DNA of 64,000 nt from Auanema rhodensis (lineage: Eukaryota > Animalia > Nematoda), in assembly GCA_964057225.1 (NCBI GenBank), contig CAXKVF010000078.1:620001-684000 (forward strand), written 5' to 3'. Shown piece by piece: positions 12,674 to 26,753 of this stretch. The notes beneath the pieces are model-generated. The model saw only the letters and a program-made list of their open reading frames with translations. It did no database searches and was not told the DNA's origin. A program made the position numbers and the translations under genes. Position 1 is the stretch's first letter. Every line of letters starts with the position of its first letter.

Positions 12674-14785
12674 ACCAAGTGCACATCACGTGTACATTTA
12701 ATTAGCATAAATTAAAGTTCACGTAAACTTCAAAGTCATGGTTACCATGAAGCAATATCAATAAAAATTTGTTTTTAGACTAATATGGACATGGGGAATC
12801 TAATTTTGAAAACCGCATCTCTTTATCTTTCACGTGAAGCGAGTTACATACCAAGTGCACATCACGTGTACATTTAATTAGCATAAATTAAAGTTCACGT
12901 AAATTTCAAAGTCATGGTTACCATGAACCAATATCAATAAAAATTTGTTTTTAGACTAATATGGACATGGGGAATCTAATTTTGAAAACCGCATCTCTTT
13001 ATCTTTCACGTGAAGCGAGTTACATACCAAGTGCACATCACGTGTACATTTAATTAGCATAAATTAAAGTTCACGTAAATTTCAAAGTCATGGTTACCAC
13101 GAACCAATATCAATGAAAATTTGTTTTTAGACTAATATGGACATGGGGAATCTAATTTTGAATACCGCATCTCTTTATCTTTCACGTGAAGCGAGTTACA
13201 TACCAAGTGCACATCACGTGTACATTTAATTAGCATAAATTAAAGTTCACGTAAATTTCAAAGTCATGGTTACCATGAACCAATATCAATAAAAATTTGT
13301 TTTTAGACTAATATGGACATGGGGAATCTAATTTTGAAAACCGCATCTCTTTATCTTTCACGTGAAGCGAGTTACATACCAAGTGCACATCACGTGTACA
13401 TTTAATTAGCATAAATTAAAGTTCACGTAAATTTCAAAGTCATGGTTACCATGAACCAATATCAATAAAAATTTGTTTTTAGACTAATATGGACATGGGG
13501 AATCTAATTTTGAAAACCGCATCTCTTTATCTTTCACGTGAAGCGAGTTACATACCAAGTGCACATCACGTGTACATTTAATTAGCATAAATTAAAGTTC
13601 ACGTAAATTTCAAAGTCATGGTTACCATGAACCAATATCAATAAAAATTTGTTTTTAGACTAATATGGACATGGGGAATCTAATTTTGAAAACCGCATCT
13701 CTTTATCTTTCACGTGAAGCGAGTTACATACCAAGTGCACATCACGTGTACATTTAATTAGCATAAATTAAAGTTCACGTAAACTTCAAAGTCATGGTTA
13801 CCATGAAGCAATATCAATAAAAATTTGTTTTTAGACTAATATGGACATGGGGAATCTAATTTTGAAAACCGCATCTCTTTATCTTTCACGTGAAGCGAGT
13901 TACATACCAAGTGCACATCACGTGTACATTTAATTAGCATAAATTAAAGTTCACGTAAATTTCAAAGTCATGGTTACCATGAACCAATATCAATAAAAAT
14001 TTGTTTTTAGACTAATATGGACATGGGGAATCTAATTTTGAAAACCGCATCTCTTTATCTTTCACGTGAAGCGAGTTACATACCAAGTGCACATCACGTG
14101 TACATTTAATTAGCATAAATTAAAGTTCACGTAAATTTCAAAGTCATGGTTACCACGAACCAATATCAATGAAAATTTGTTTTTAGACTAATATGGACAT
14201 GGGGAATCTAATTTTGAAAACCGCATCTCTTTATCTTTCACGTGAAGCGAGTTACATACCAAGTGCACATCACGTGTACATTTAATTAGCATAAATTAAA
14301 GTTCACGTAAATTTCAAAGTCATGGTTACCATGAACCAATATCAATAAAAATTTGTTTTTAGACTAATATGGACATGGGGAATCTAATTTTGAAAACCGC
14401 ATCTCTTTATCTTTCACGTGAAGCGAGTTACATACCAAGTGCACATCACGTGTACATTTAATTAGCATAAATTAAAGTTCACGTAAATTTCAAAGTCATG
14501 GTTACCATGCACCAATATCAATAAAAATTTGTTTTTAGACTAATATGGACATGGGGAATCTAATTTTGAAAACCGCATCTCTTTATCTTTCACGTGAAGC
14601 GAGTTACATACCAAGTGCACATCACGTGTACATTTAATTAGCATAAATTAAAGTTCACGTAAATTTCAAAGTCATGGTTACCATGAACCAATATCAATAA
14701 AAATTTGTTTTTAGACTAATATGGACATGGGGAATCTAATTTTGAAAACCGCATCTCTTTATCTTTCACGTGAAGCGAGTTACAT
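12674..14785 (+). repeat. 6-monomer (1056-bp) tandem duplication
   Basis: aaactt+gaagc occurs at 12728/13784, ccacg at 13100/14156 and caatgaaa at 13115/14171. Confidence 0.75.
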
Positions 14786-15665
14786 ACCAAGTGCACATCA
14801 CGTGTACATTTAATTAGCATAAATTAAAGTTCACGTAAATTTCAAAGTCATGGTTACCACGAACCAATATCAATAAAAATTTGTTTTTAGACTAATATGG
14901 ACATGGGGAATCTAATTTTGAAAACCGCATCTCTTTATCTTTCACGTGAAGCGAGTTACATACCAAGTGCACATCACGTGTACATTTAATTAGCATAAAT
15001 TAAAGTTCACGTAAATTTCAAAGTCATGGTTACCATGAACCAATATCAATAAAAATTTGTTTTTAGACTAATATGGACATGGGGAATCTAATTTTGAAAA
15101 CCGCATCTCTTTATCTTTCACGTGAAGCGAGTTACATACCAAGTGCACATCACGTGTACATTTAATTAGCATAAATTAAAGTTCACGTAAACTTCAAAGT
15201 CATGGTTACCATGAAGCAATATCAATAAAAATTTGTTTTTAGACTAATATGGACATGGGGAATCTAATTTTGAAAACCGCATCTCTTTATCTTTCACGTG
15301 AAGCGAGTTACATACCAAGTGCACATCACGTGTACATTTAATTAGCATAAATTAAAGTTCACGTAAATTTCAAAGTCATGGTTACCACGAACCAATATCA
15401 ATAAAAATTTGTTTTTAGACTAATATGGACATGGGGAATCTAATTTTGAAAACCGCATCTCTTTATCTTTCACGTGAAGCGAGTTACATACCAAGTGCAC
15501 ATCACGTGTACATTTAATTAGCATAAATTAAAGTTCACGTAAATTTCAAAGTCATGGTTACCATGAAGCAATATCAATAAAAATTTGTTTTTAGACTAAT
15601 ATGGACATGGGGAATCTAATTTTGAAAACCGCATCTCTTTATCTTTCACGTGAAGCGAGTTACAT

Positions 15666-17073
15666 ACCAAGTGCACATCACGTGTACATTTAATTAGCAT
15701 AAATTAAAGTTCACGTAAACTTCAAAGTCATGGTTACCATGAAGCAATATCAATAAAAAATGGTTTTTAGACTAATATGGACATGGGGAATCTAATTTTG
15801 AAAACCGCATCTCTTTATCTTTCACGTGAAGCGAGTTACATACCAAGTGCACATCACGTGTACATTTAATTAGCATAAATTAAAGTTCACGTAAATTTCA
15901 AAGTCATGGTTACCATGAACCAATATCAATAAAAATTTGTTTTTAGACTAATATGGACATGGGGAATCTAATTTTGAAAACCGCATCTCTTTATCTTTCA
16001 CGTGAAGCGAGTTACATACCAAGTGCACATCACGTGTACATTTAATTAGCATAAATTAAAGTTCACGTAAATTTCAAAGTCATGGTTACCATGCACCAAT
16101 ATCAATAAAAATTTGTTTTTAGACTAATATGGACATGGGGAATCTAATTTTGAAAACCGCATCTCTTTATCTTTCACGTGAAGCGAGTTACATACCAAGT
16201 GCACATCACGTGTACATTTAATTAGCATAAATTAAAGTTCACGTAAATTTCAAAGTCATGGTTACCATGAACCAATATCAATAAAAATTTGTTTTTAGAC
16301 TAATATGGACATGGGGAATCTAATTTTGAAAACCGCATCTCTTTATCTTTCACGTGAAGCGAGTTACATACCAAGTGCACATCACGTGTACATTTAATTA
16401 GCATAAATTAAAGTTCACGTAAATTTCAAAGTCATGGTTACCATGAAGCAATATCAATAAAAAATGGTTTTTAGACTAATATGGACATGGGGAATCTAAT
16501 TTTGAAAACCGCATCTCTTTATCTTTCACGTGAAGCGAGTTACATACCAAGTGCACATCACGTGTACATTTAATTAGCATAAATTAAAGTTCACGTAAAT
16601 TTCAAAGTCATGGTTACCATGAACCAATATCAATAAAAATTTGTTTTTAGACTAATATGGACATGGGGAATCTAATTTTGAAAACCGCATCTCTTTATCT
16701 TTCACGTGAAGCGAGTTACATACCAAGTGCACATCACGTGTACATTTAATTAGCATAAATTAAAGTTCACGTAAATTTCAAAGTCATGGTTACCATGCAC
16801 CAATATCAATAAAAATTTGTTTTTAGACTAATATGGACATGGGGAATCTAATTTTGAAAACCGCATCTCTTTATCTTTCACGTGAAGCGAGTTACATACC
16901 AAGTGCACATCACGTGTACATTTAATTAGCATAAATTAAAGTTCACGTAAATTTCAAAGTCATGGTTACCATGAACCAATATCAATAAAAATTTGTTTTT
17001 AGACTAATATGGACATGGGGAATCTAATTTTGAAAACCGCATCTCTTTATCTTTCACGTGAAGCGAGTTACAT
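15666..17073 (+). repeat. 4-monomer (704-bp) tandem duplication
   Basis: The private double variant aaaaaatggttt occurs at ~15760 and ~16464. Each is followed by consensus, A77C and consensus monomers. Confidence 0.75.
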
Positions 17074-20000
17074 ACCAAGTGCACATCACGTGTACATTTA
17101 ATTAGCATAAATTAAAGTTCACGTAAATTTCAAAGTCATGGTTACCATGCACCAATATCAATAAAAATTTGTTTTTAGACTAATATGGACATGGGGAATC
17201 TAATTTTGAAAACCGCATCTCTTTATCTTTCACGTGAAGCGAGTTACATACCAAGTGCACATCACGTGTACATTTAATTAGCATAAATTAAAGTTCACGT
17301 AAACTTCAAAGTCATGGTTACCATGAAGCAATATCAATAAAAATTTGTTTTTAGACTAATATGGACATGGGGAATCTAATTTTGAAAACCGCATCTCTTT
17401 ATCTTTCACGTGAAGCGAGTTACATACCAAGTGCACATCACGTGTACATTTAATTAGCATAAATTAAAGTTCACGTAAATTTCAAAGTCATGGTTACCAT
17501 GAACCAATATCAATAAAAATTTGTTTTTAGACTAATATGGACATGGGGAATCTAATTTTGAAAACCGCATCTCTTTATCTTTCACGTGAAGCGAGTTACA
17601 TACCAAGTGCACATCACGTGTACATTTAATTAGCATAAATTAAAGTTCACGTAAATTTCAAAGTCATGGTTACCATGAACCAATATCAATAAAAATTTGT
17701 TTTTAGACTAATATGGAAATGGGGAATCTAATTTTGAAAACCGCATTTCTTTATCTTTCACGTGAAGCGAGTTACATACCAAGTGCACATCACGTGTACA
17801 TTTAATTAGCATAAATTAAAGTTCACGTAAATTTCAAAGTCATGGTTACCATGAACCAATATCAATAAAAATTTGTTTTTAGACTAATATGGACATGGGG
17901 AATCTAATTTTGAAAACCGCATCTCTTTATCTTTCACGTGAAGCGAGTTACATACCAAGTGCACATCACGTGTACATTTAATTAGCATAAATTAAAGTTC
18001 ACGTAAAATTCAAAGTCATGGTTACCATGCACCAATATCAATAAAAATTTGTTTTTAGACTAATATGGACATGGGGAATCTAATTTTGAAAACCGCATCT
18101 CTTTATCTTTCACGTGAAGCGAGTTACATACCAAGTGCACATCACGTGTACATTTAATTAGCATAAATTAAAGTTCACGTAAATTTCAAAGTCATGGTTA
18201 CCATGAACCAATATCAATAAAAATTTGTTTTTAGACTAATATGGACATGGGGAATCTAATTTTGAAAACCGCATCTCTTTATCTTTCACGTGAAGCGAGT
18301 TACATACCAAGTGCACATCACGTGTACATTTAATTAGCATAAATTAAAGTTCACGTAAATTTCAAAGTCATGGTTACCATGAAGCAATATCAATAAAAAT
18401 TTGTTTTTAGACTAATATGGACATGGGGAATCTAATTTTGAAAACCGCATCTCTTTATCTTTCACGTGAAGCGAGTTACATACCAAGTGCACATCACGTG
18501 TACATTTAATTAGCATAAATTAAAGTTCACGTAAATTTCAAAGTCATGGTTACCATGAACCAATATCAATAAAAATTTGTTTTTAGACTAATATGGACAT
18601 GGGGAATCTAATTTTGAAAACCGCATCTCTTTATCTTTCACGTGAAGCGAGTTACATACCAAGTGCACATCACGTGTACATTTAATTAGCATAAATTAAA
18701 GTTCACGTAAAATTCAAAGTCATGGTTACCATGCACCAATATCAATAAAAATTTGTTTTTAGACTAATATGGACATGGGGAATCTAATTTTGAAAACCGC
18801 ATCTCTTTATCTTTCACGTGAAGCGAGTTACATACCAAGTGCACATCACGTGTACATTTAATTAGCATAAATTAAAGTTCACGTAAATTTCAAAGTCATG
18901 GTTACCATGCACCAATATCAATAAAAATTTGTTTTTAGACTAATATGGACATGGGGAATCTAATTTTGAAAACCGCATCTCTTTATCTTTCACGTGAAGC
19001 GAGTTACATACCAAGTGCACATCACGTGTACATTTAATTAGCATAAATTAAAGTTCACGTAAATTTCAAAGTCATGGTTACCATGAACCAATATCAATAA
19101 AAATTTGTTTTTAGACTAATATGGACATGGGGAATCTAATTTTGAAAACCGCATCTCTTTATCTTTCACGTGAAGCGAGTTACATACCAAGTGCACATCA
19201 CGTGTACATTTAATTAGCATAAATTAAAGTTCACGTAAATTTCAAAGTCATGGTTACCATGCACCAATATCAATAAAAATTTGTTTTTAGACTAATATGG
19301 ACATGGGGAATCTAATTTTGAAAACCGCATCTCTTTATCTTTCACGTGAAGCGAGTTACATACCAAGTGCACATCACGTGTACATTTAATTAGCATAAAT
19401 TAAAGTTCACGTAAATTTCAAAGTCATGGTTACCATGAACCAATATCAATAAAAATTTGTTTTTAGACTAATATGGACATGGGGAATCTAATTTTGAAAA
19501 CCGCATCTCTTTATCTTTCACGTGAAGCGAGTTACATACCAAGTGCACATCACGTGTACATTTAATTAGCATAAATTAAAGTTCACGTAAATTTCAAAGT
19601 CATGGTTACCATGAAGCAATATCAATAAAAATTTGTTTTTAGACTAATATGGACATGGGGAATCTAATTTTGAAAACCGCATCTCTTTATCTTTCACGTG
19701 AAGCGAGTTACATACCAAGTGCACATCACGTGTACATTTAATTAGCATAAATTAAAGTTCACGTAAATTTCAAAGTCATGGTTACCATGCACCAATATCA
19801 ATAAAAATTTGTTTTTAGACTGATATGGACATGGGGAATCTAATTTTGAAAACCGCATCTCTTTATCTTTCACGTGAAGCGAGTTACATACCAAGTGCAC
19901 ATCACGTGTACATTTAATTAGCATAAATTAAAGTTCACGTAAATTTCAAAGTCATGGTTACCATGAACCAATATCAATAAAAATTTGTTTTTAAACTAAT

Positions 20001-20769
20001 ATGGACATGGGGAATCTAATTTTGAAAACCGCATCTCTTTATCTTTCACGTGAAGCGAGTTACATACCAAGTGCACATCACGTGTACATTTAATTAGCAT
20101 AAATTAAAGTTCACGTAAATTTCAAAGTCATGGTTACCATGAACCAATATCAATAAAAATTTGTTTTTAGACTAATATGGACATGGGGAATCTAATTTTG
20201 AAAACCGCATCTCTTTATCTTTCACGTGAAGCGAGTTACATACCAAGTGCACATCACGTGTACATTTAATTAGCATAAATTAAAGTTCACGTAAATTTCA
20301 AAGTCATGGTTACCATGAAGCAATATCAATAAAAATTTGTTTTTAGACTAATATGGACATGGGGAATCTAATTTTGAAAACCGCATCTCTTTATCTTTCA
20401 CGTGAAGCGAGTTACATACCAAGTGCACATCACGTGTACATTTAATTAGCATAAATTAAAGTTCACGTAAATTTCAAAGTCATGGTTACCATGCACCAAT
20501 ATCAATAAAAATTTGTTTTTAGACTGATATGGACATGGGGAATCTAATTTTGAAAACCGCATCTCTTTATCTTTCACGTGAAGCGAGTTACATACCAAGT
20601 GCACATCACGTGTACATTTAATTAGCATAAATTAAAGTTCACGTAAATTTCAAAGTCATGGTTACCATGAACCAATATCAATAAAAATTTGTTTTTAGAC
20701 TAATATGGACATGGGGAATCTAATTTTGAAAACCGCATCTCTTTATCTTTCACGTGAAGCGAGTTACAT

Positions 20770-23700
20770 ACCAAGTGCACATCACGTGTACATTTAATTA
20801 GCATAAATTAAAGTTCACGTAAATTTCAAAGTCATGGTTACCATGAACCAATATCAATAAAAATTTGTTTTTAGACTAATATGGACATGGGGAATCTAAT
20901 TTTGAAAACCGCATTTCTTTATCTTTCACGTGAAGCGAGTTACATACCAAGTGCACATCACGTGTACATTTAATTAGAATAAATTAAAGTTCACGTAAAT
21001 TTCAAAGTCATGGTTACCATGAACCAATATCAATAAAAATTTGTTTTTAGACTAATATGGACATGGGGAATCTAATTTTGAAAACCGCATCTCTTTATCT
21101 TTCACGTGAAGCGAGTTACATACCAAGTGCACATCACGTGTACATTCAATTACCATAAATTAAAGTTCACGTAAATTTCAAAGTCATGGTTACCATGCAC
21201 CAATATCAATAAAAATTTGTTTTTAGACTAATATGGACATGGGGAATCAAATTTTGAAAACCGCATCTCTTTATCTTTCACGTGAAGCGAGTTACATACC
21301 AAGTGCACATCACGTGTACATTTAATTAGCATAAATTAATGTTCACGTAAATTTCAAAGTCATGGTTACCATGAACCAATATCAATAAAAATTTGTTTTT
21401 AGACTAATATGGACATGGGGCATCTAATTTTGAAAACCGCATCTCTTTATCTTTCACGTGAAGCGAGTTACATACCAAGTGCACATCACGTGTACATTTA
21501 ATTAGCATAAATTAAAGTTCACGTAAATTTCAAAGTCATGGTTACCATGAACCAATATCAATAAAAATTTGTTTTTAGACTAATATGGACATGGGGAATC
21601 TAATTTTGAAAACCGCATCTCTTTATCTTTCACGTGAAGCGAGTTACATACCAAGTGCACATCACGTGTACATTTAATTAGCATAAATTAAAGTTCACGT
21701 AAATTTCAAAGTCATGGTTACCATGAACCAATATCAATAAAAATTTGTTTTTAGACTAATATGGACATGGGGAATCTAATTTTGAAAACCGCATCTCTTT
21801 ATCTTTCACGTGAAGCGAGTTACATACCAAGTGCACATCACGTGTACATTTAATTAGCATAAATTAAAGTTCACGTAAATTTCAAAGTCATGGTTACCAT
21901 GAACCAATATCAATAAAAATTTGTTTTTAGACTAATATGGACATGGGGAATCTAATTTTGAAAACCGCATCTCTTTATCTTTCACGTGAAGCGAGTTACA
22001 TACCAAGTGCACATCACGTGTACATTTAATTAGCATAAATTAAAGTTCACGTAAATTTCAAAGTCATGGTTACCATGAACCAATATCAATAAAAATTTGT
22101 TTTTAGACTAATATGGACATGGGGAATCTAATTTTGAAAACCGCATCTCTTTATCTTTCACGTGAAGCGAGTTACATACCAAGTGCACATCACGTGTACA
22201 TTTAATTAGCATAAATTAAAGTTCACGTAAATTTCAAAGTCATGGTTACCATGAACCAATATCAATAAAAATTTGTTTTTAGACTAATATGGACATGGGG
22301 AATCTAATTTTGAAAACCGCATTTCTTTATCTTTCACGTGAAGCGAGTTACATACCAAGTGCACATCACGTGTACATTTAATTAGAATAAATTAAAGTTC
22401 ACGTAAATTTCAAAGTCATGGTTACCATGAACCAATATCAATAAAAATTTGTTTTTAGACTAATATGGACATGGGGAATCTAATTTTGAAAACCGCATCT
22501 CTTTATCTTTCACGTGAAGCGAGTTACATACCAAGTGCACATCACGTGTACATTCAATTACCATAAATTAAAGTTCACGTAAATTTCAAAGTCATGGTTA
22601 CCATGCACCAATATCAATAAAAATTTGTTTTTAGACTAATATGGACATGGGGAATCAAATTTTGAAAACCGCATCTCTTTATCTTTCACGTGAAGCGAGT
22701 TACATACCAAGTGCACATCACGTGTACATTTAATTAGCATAAATTAATGTTCACGTAAATTTCAAAGTCATGGTTACCATGAACCAATATCAATAAAAAT
22801 TTGTTTTTAGACTAATATGGACATGGGGCATCTAATTTTGAAAACCGCATCTCTTTATCTTTCACGTGAAGCGAGTTACATACCAAGTGCACATCACGTG
22901 TACATTTAATTAGCATAAATTAAAGTTCACGTAAATTTCAAAGTCATGGTTACCATGAACCAATATCAATAAAAATTTGTTTTTAGACTAATATGGACAT
23001 GGGGAATCTAATTTTGAAAACCGCATCTCTTTATCTTTCACGTGAAGCGAGTTACATACCAAGTGCACATCACGTGTACATTTAATTAGCATAAATTAAA
23101 GTTCACGTAAATTTCAAAGTCATGGTTACCATGAACCAATATCAATAAAAATTTGTTTTTAGACTAATATGGACATGGGGAATCTAATTTTGAAAACCGC
23201 ATCTCTTTATCTTTCACGTGAAGCGAGTTACATACCAAGTGCACATCACGTGTACATTTAATTAGCATAAATTAAAGTTCACGTAAATTTCAAAGTCATG
23301 GTTACCATGCACCAATATCAATAAAAATTTGTTTTTAGACTAATATGGACATGGGGAATCTAATTTTGAAAACCGCATCTCTTTATCTTTCACGTGAAGC
23401 GAGTTACATACCAAGTGCACATCACGTGTACATTTAATTAGCATAAATTAAAGTTCACGTAAATTTCAAAGTCATGGTTACCATGAACCAATATCAATAA
23501 AAATTTGTTTTTAGACTAATATGGACATGGGGAATCTAATTTTGAAAACCGCATCTCTTTATCTTTCACGTGAAGCGAGTTACATACCAAGTGCACATCA
23601 CGTGTACATTTAATTAGCATAAATTAAAGTTCACGTAAATTTCAAAGTCATGGTTACCATGAACCAATATCAATAAAAATTTGTTTTTAGACTAATATGG

Positions 23701-26700
23701 ACATGGGGAATCTAATTTTGAAAACCGCATCTCTTTATCTTTCACGTGAAGCGAGTTACATACCAAGTGCACATCACGTGTACATTTAATTAGCATAAAT
23801 TAAAGTTCACGTAAATTTCAAAGTCATGGTTACCATGAAGCAATATCAATAAAAATTTGTTTTTAGACTAATATGGACATGGGGAATCTAATTTTGAAAA
23901 CCGCATCTCTTTATCTTTCACGTGAAGCGAGTTACATACCAAGTGCACATCACGTGTACATTTAATTAGCATAAATTAAAGTTCACGTAAACTTCAAAGT
24001 CATGGTTACCATGAAGCAATATCAATAAAAATTTGTTTTTAGACTAATATGGACATGGGGAATCTAATTTTGAAAACCGCATCTCTTTATCTTTCACGTG
24101 AAGCGAGTTACATACCAAGTGCACATCACGTGTACATTTAATTAGCATAAATTAAAGTTCACGTAAACTTCAAAGTCATGGTTACCATGAAGCAATATCA
24201 ATAAAAATTTGTTTTTAGACTAATATGGACATGGGGAATCTAATTTTGAAAACCGCATCTCTTTATCTTTCACGTGAAGCGAGTTACATACCAAGTGCAC
24301 ATCACGTGTACATTTAATTAGCATAAATTAAAGTTCACGTAAATTTCAAAGTCATGGTTACCATGAACCAATATCAATAAAAATTTGTTTTTAGACTAAT
24401 ATGGACATGGGGAATCTAATTTTGAAAACCGCATCTCTTTATCTTTCACGTGAAGCGAGTTACATACCAAGTGCACATCACGTGTACATTTAATTAGCAT
24501 AAATTAAAGTTCACGTAAACTTCAAAGTCATGGTTACCATGAAGCAATATCAATAAAAATTTGTTTTTAGACTAATATGGACATGGGGAATCTAATTTTG
24601 AAAACCGCATCTCTTTATCTTTCACGTGAAGCGAGTTACATACCAAGTGCACATCACGTGTACATTCAATTACCATAAATTAAAGTTCACGTAAATTTCA
24701 AAGTCATGGTTACCATGCACCAATATCAATAAAAATTTGTTTTTAGACTAATATGGACATGGGGAATCAAATTTTGAAAACCGCATCTCTTTATCTTTCA
24801 CGTGAAGCGAGTTACATACCAAGTGCACATCACGTGTACATTTAATTAGCATAAATTAATGTTCACGTAAATTTCAAAGTCATGGTTACCATGAACCAAT
24901 ATCAATAAAAATTTGTTTTTAGACTAATATGGACATGGGGCATCTAATTTTGAAAACCGCATCTCTTTATCTTTCACGTGAAGCGAGTTACATACCAAGT
25001 GCACATCACGTGTACATTTAATTAGCATAAATTAAAGTTCACGTAAATTTCAAAGTCATGGTTACCATGAACCAATATCAATAAAAATTTGTTTTTAGAC
25101 TAATATGGACATGGGGAATCTAATTTTGAAAACCGCATCTCTTTATCTTTCACGTGAAGCGAGTTACATACCAAGTGCACATCACGTGTACATTTAATTA
25201 GCATAAATTAAAGTTCACGTAAATTTCAAAGTCATGGTTACCATGAACCAATATCAATAAAAATTTGTTTTTAGACTAATATGGACATGGGGAATCTAAT
25301 TTTGAAAACCGCATCTCTTTATCTTTCACGTGAAGCGAGTTACATACCAAGTGCACATCACGTGTACATTTAATTAGCATAAATTAAAGTTCACGTAAAT
25401 TTCAAAGTCATGGTTACCATGCACCAATATCAATAAAAATTTGTTTTTAGACTAATATGGACATGGGGAATCTAATTTTGAAAACCGCATCTCTTTATCT
25501 TTCACGTGAAGCGAGTTACATACCAAGTGCACATCACGTGTACATTTAATTAGCATAAATTAAAGTTCACGTAAATTTCAAAGTCATGGTTACCATGAAC
25601 CAATATCAATAAAAATTTGTTTTTAGACTAATATGGACATGGGGAATCTAATTTTGAAAACCGCATCTCTTTATCTTTCACGTGAAGCGAGTTACATACC
25701 AAGTGCACATCACGTGTACATTTAATTAGCATAAATTAAAGTTCACGTAAATTTCAAAGTCATGGTTACCATGAACCAATATCAATAAAAATTTGTTTTT
25801 AGACTAATATGGACATGGGGAATCTAATTTTGAAAACCGCATCTCTTTATCTTTCACGTGAAGCGAGTTACATACCAAGTGCACATCACGTGTACATTTA
25901 ATTAGCATAAATTAAAGTTCACGTAAATTTCAAAGTCATGGTTACCATGAAGCAATATCAATAAAAATTTGTTTTTAGACTAATATGGACATGGGGAATC
26001 TAATTTTGAAAACCGCATCTCTTTATCTTTCACGTGAAGCGAGTTACATACCAAGTGCACATCACGTGTACATTTAATTAGCATAAATTAAAGTTCACGT
26101 AAACTTCAAAGTCATGGTTACCATGAAGCAATATCAATAAAAATTTGTTTTTAGACTAATATGGACATGGGGAATCTAATTTTGAAAACCGCATCTCTTT
26201 ATCTTTCACGTGAAGCGAGTTACATACCAAGTGCACATCACGTGTACATTTAATTAGCATAAATTAAAGTTCACGTAAACTTCAAAGTCATGGTTACCAT
26301 GAAGCAATATCAATAAAAATTTGTTTTTAGACTAATATGGACATGGGGAATCTAATTTTGAAAACCGCATCTCTTTATCTTTCACGTGAAGCGAGTTACA
26401 TACCAAGTGCACATCACGTGTACATTTAATTAGCATAAATTAAAGTTCACGTAAATTTCAAAGTCATGGTTACCATGAACCAATATCAATAAAAATTTGT
26501 TTTTAGACTAATATGGACATGGGGAATCTAATTTTGAAAACCGCATCTCTTTATCTTTCACGTGAAGCGAGTTACATACCAAGTGCACATCACGTGTACA
26601 TTTAATTAGCATAAATTAAAGTTCACGTAAACTTCAAAGTCATGGTTACCATGAAGCAATATCAATAAAAATTTGTTTTTAGACTAATATGGACATGGGG

Positions 26701-26753
26701 AATCTAATTTTGAAAACCGCATCTCTTTATCTTTCACGTGAAGCGAGTTACAT
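20770..26753 (+). repeat. Nested 8-monomer (1408-bp) and 12-monomer (2112-bp) tandem duplications
   Basis: attagaat occurs at 20978/22386 (offset 1408). ttcaattacc occurs at 21147/22555/24667 (offsets 1408 and 2112). Downstream markers 23310/25422, 23840/25952 and 23992/26104 share the 2112 offset. Confidence 0.85.

Noticed and set aside
909-20628. Nine 60-aa minus-strand ORFs (MLIKCTRDVHLVCNSLHVKDKEMRF...)
   Set aside because: Each is one monomer read in reverse. The frame is open only where A109G turns TAG into CAG, and about 97% of monomers keep the stop. There is no recognisable domain, and 176 is not a multiple of 3, so no long repeat protein is possible.
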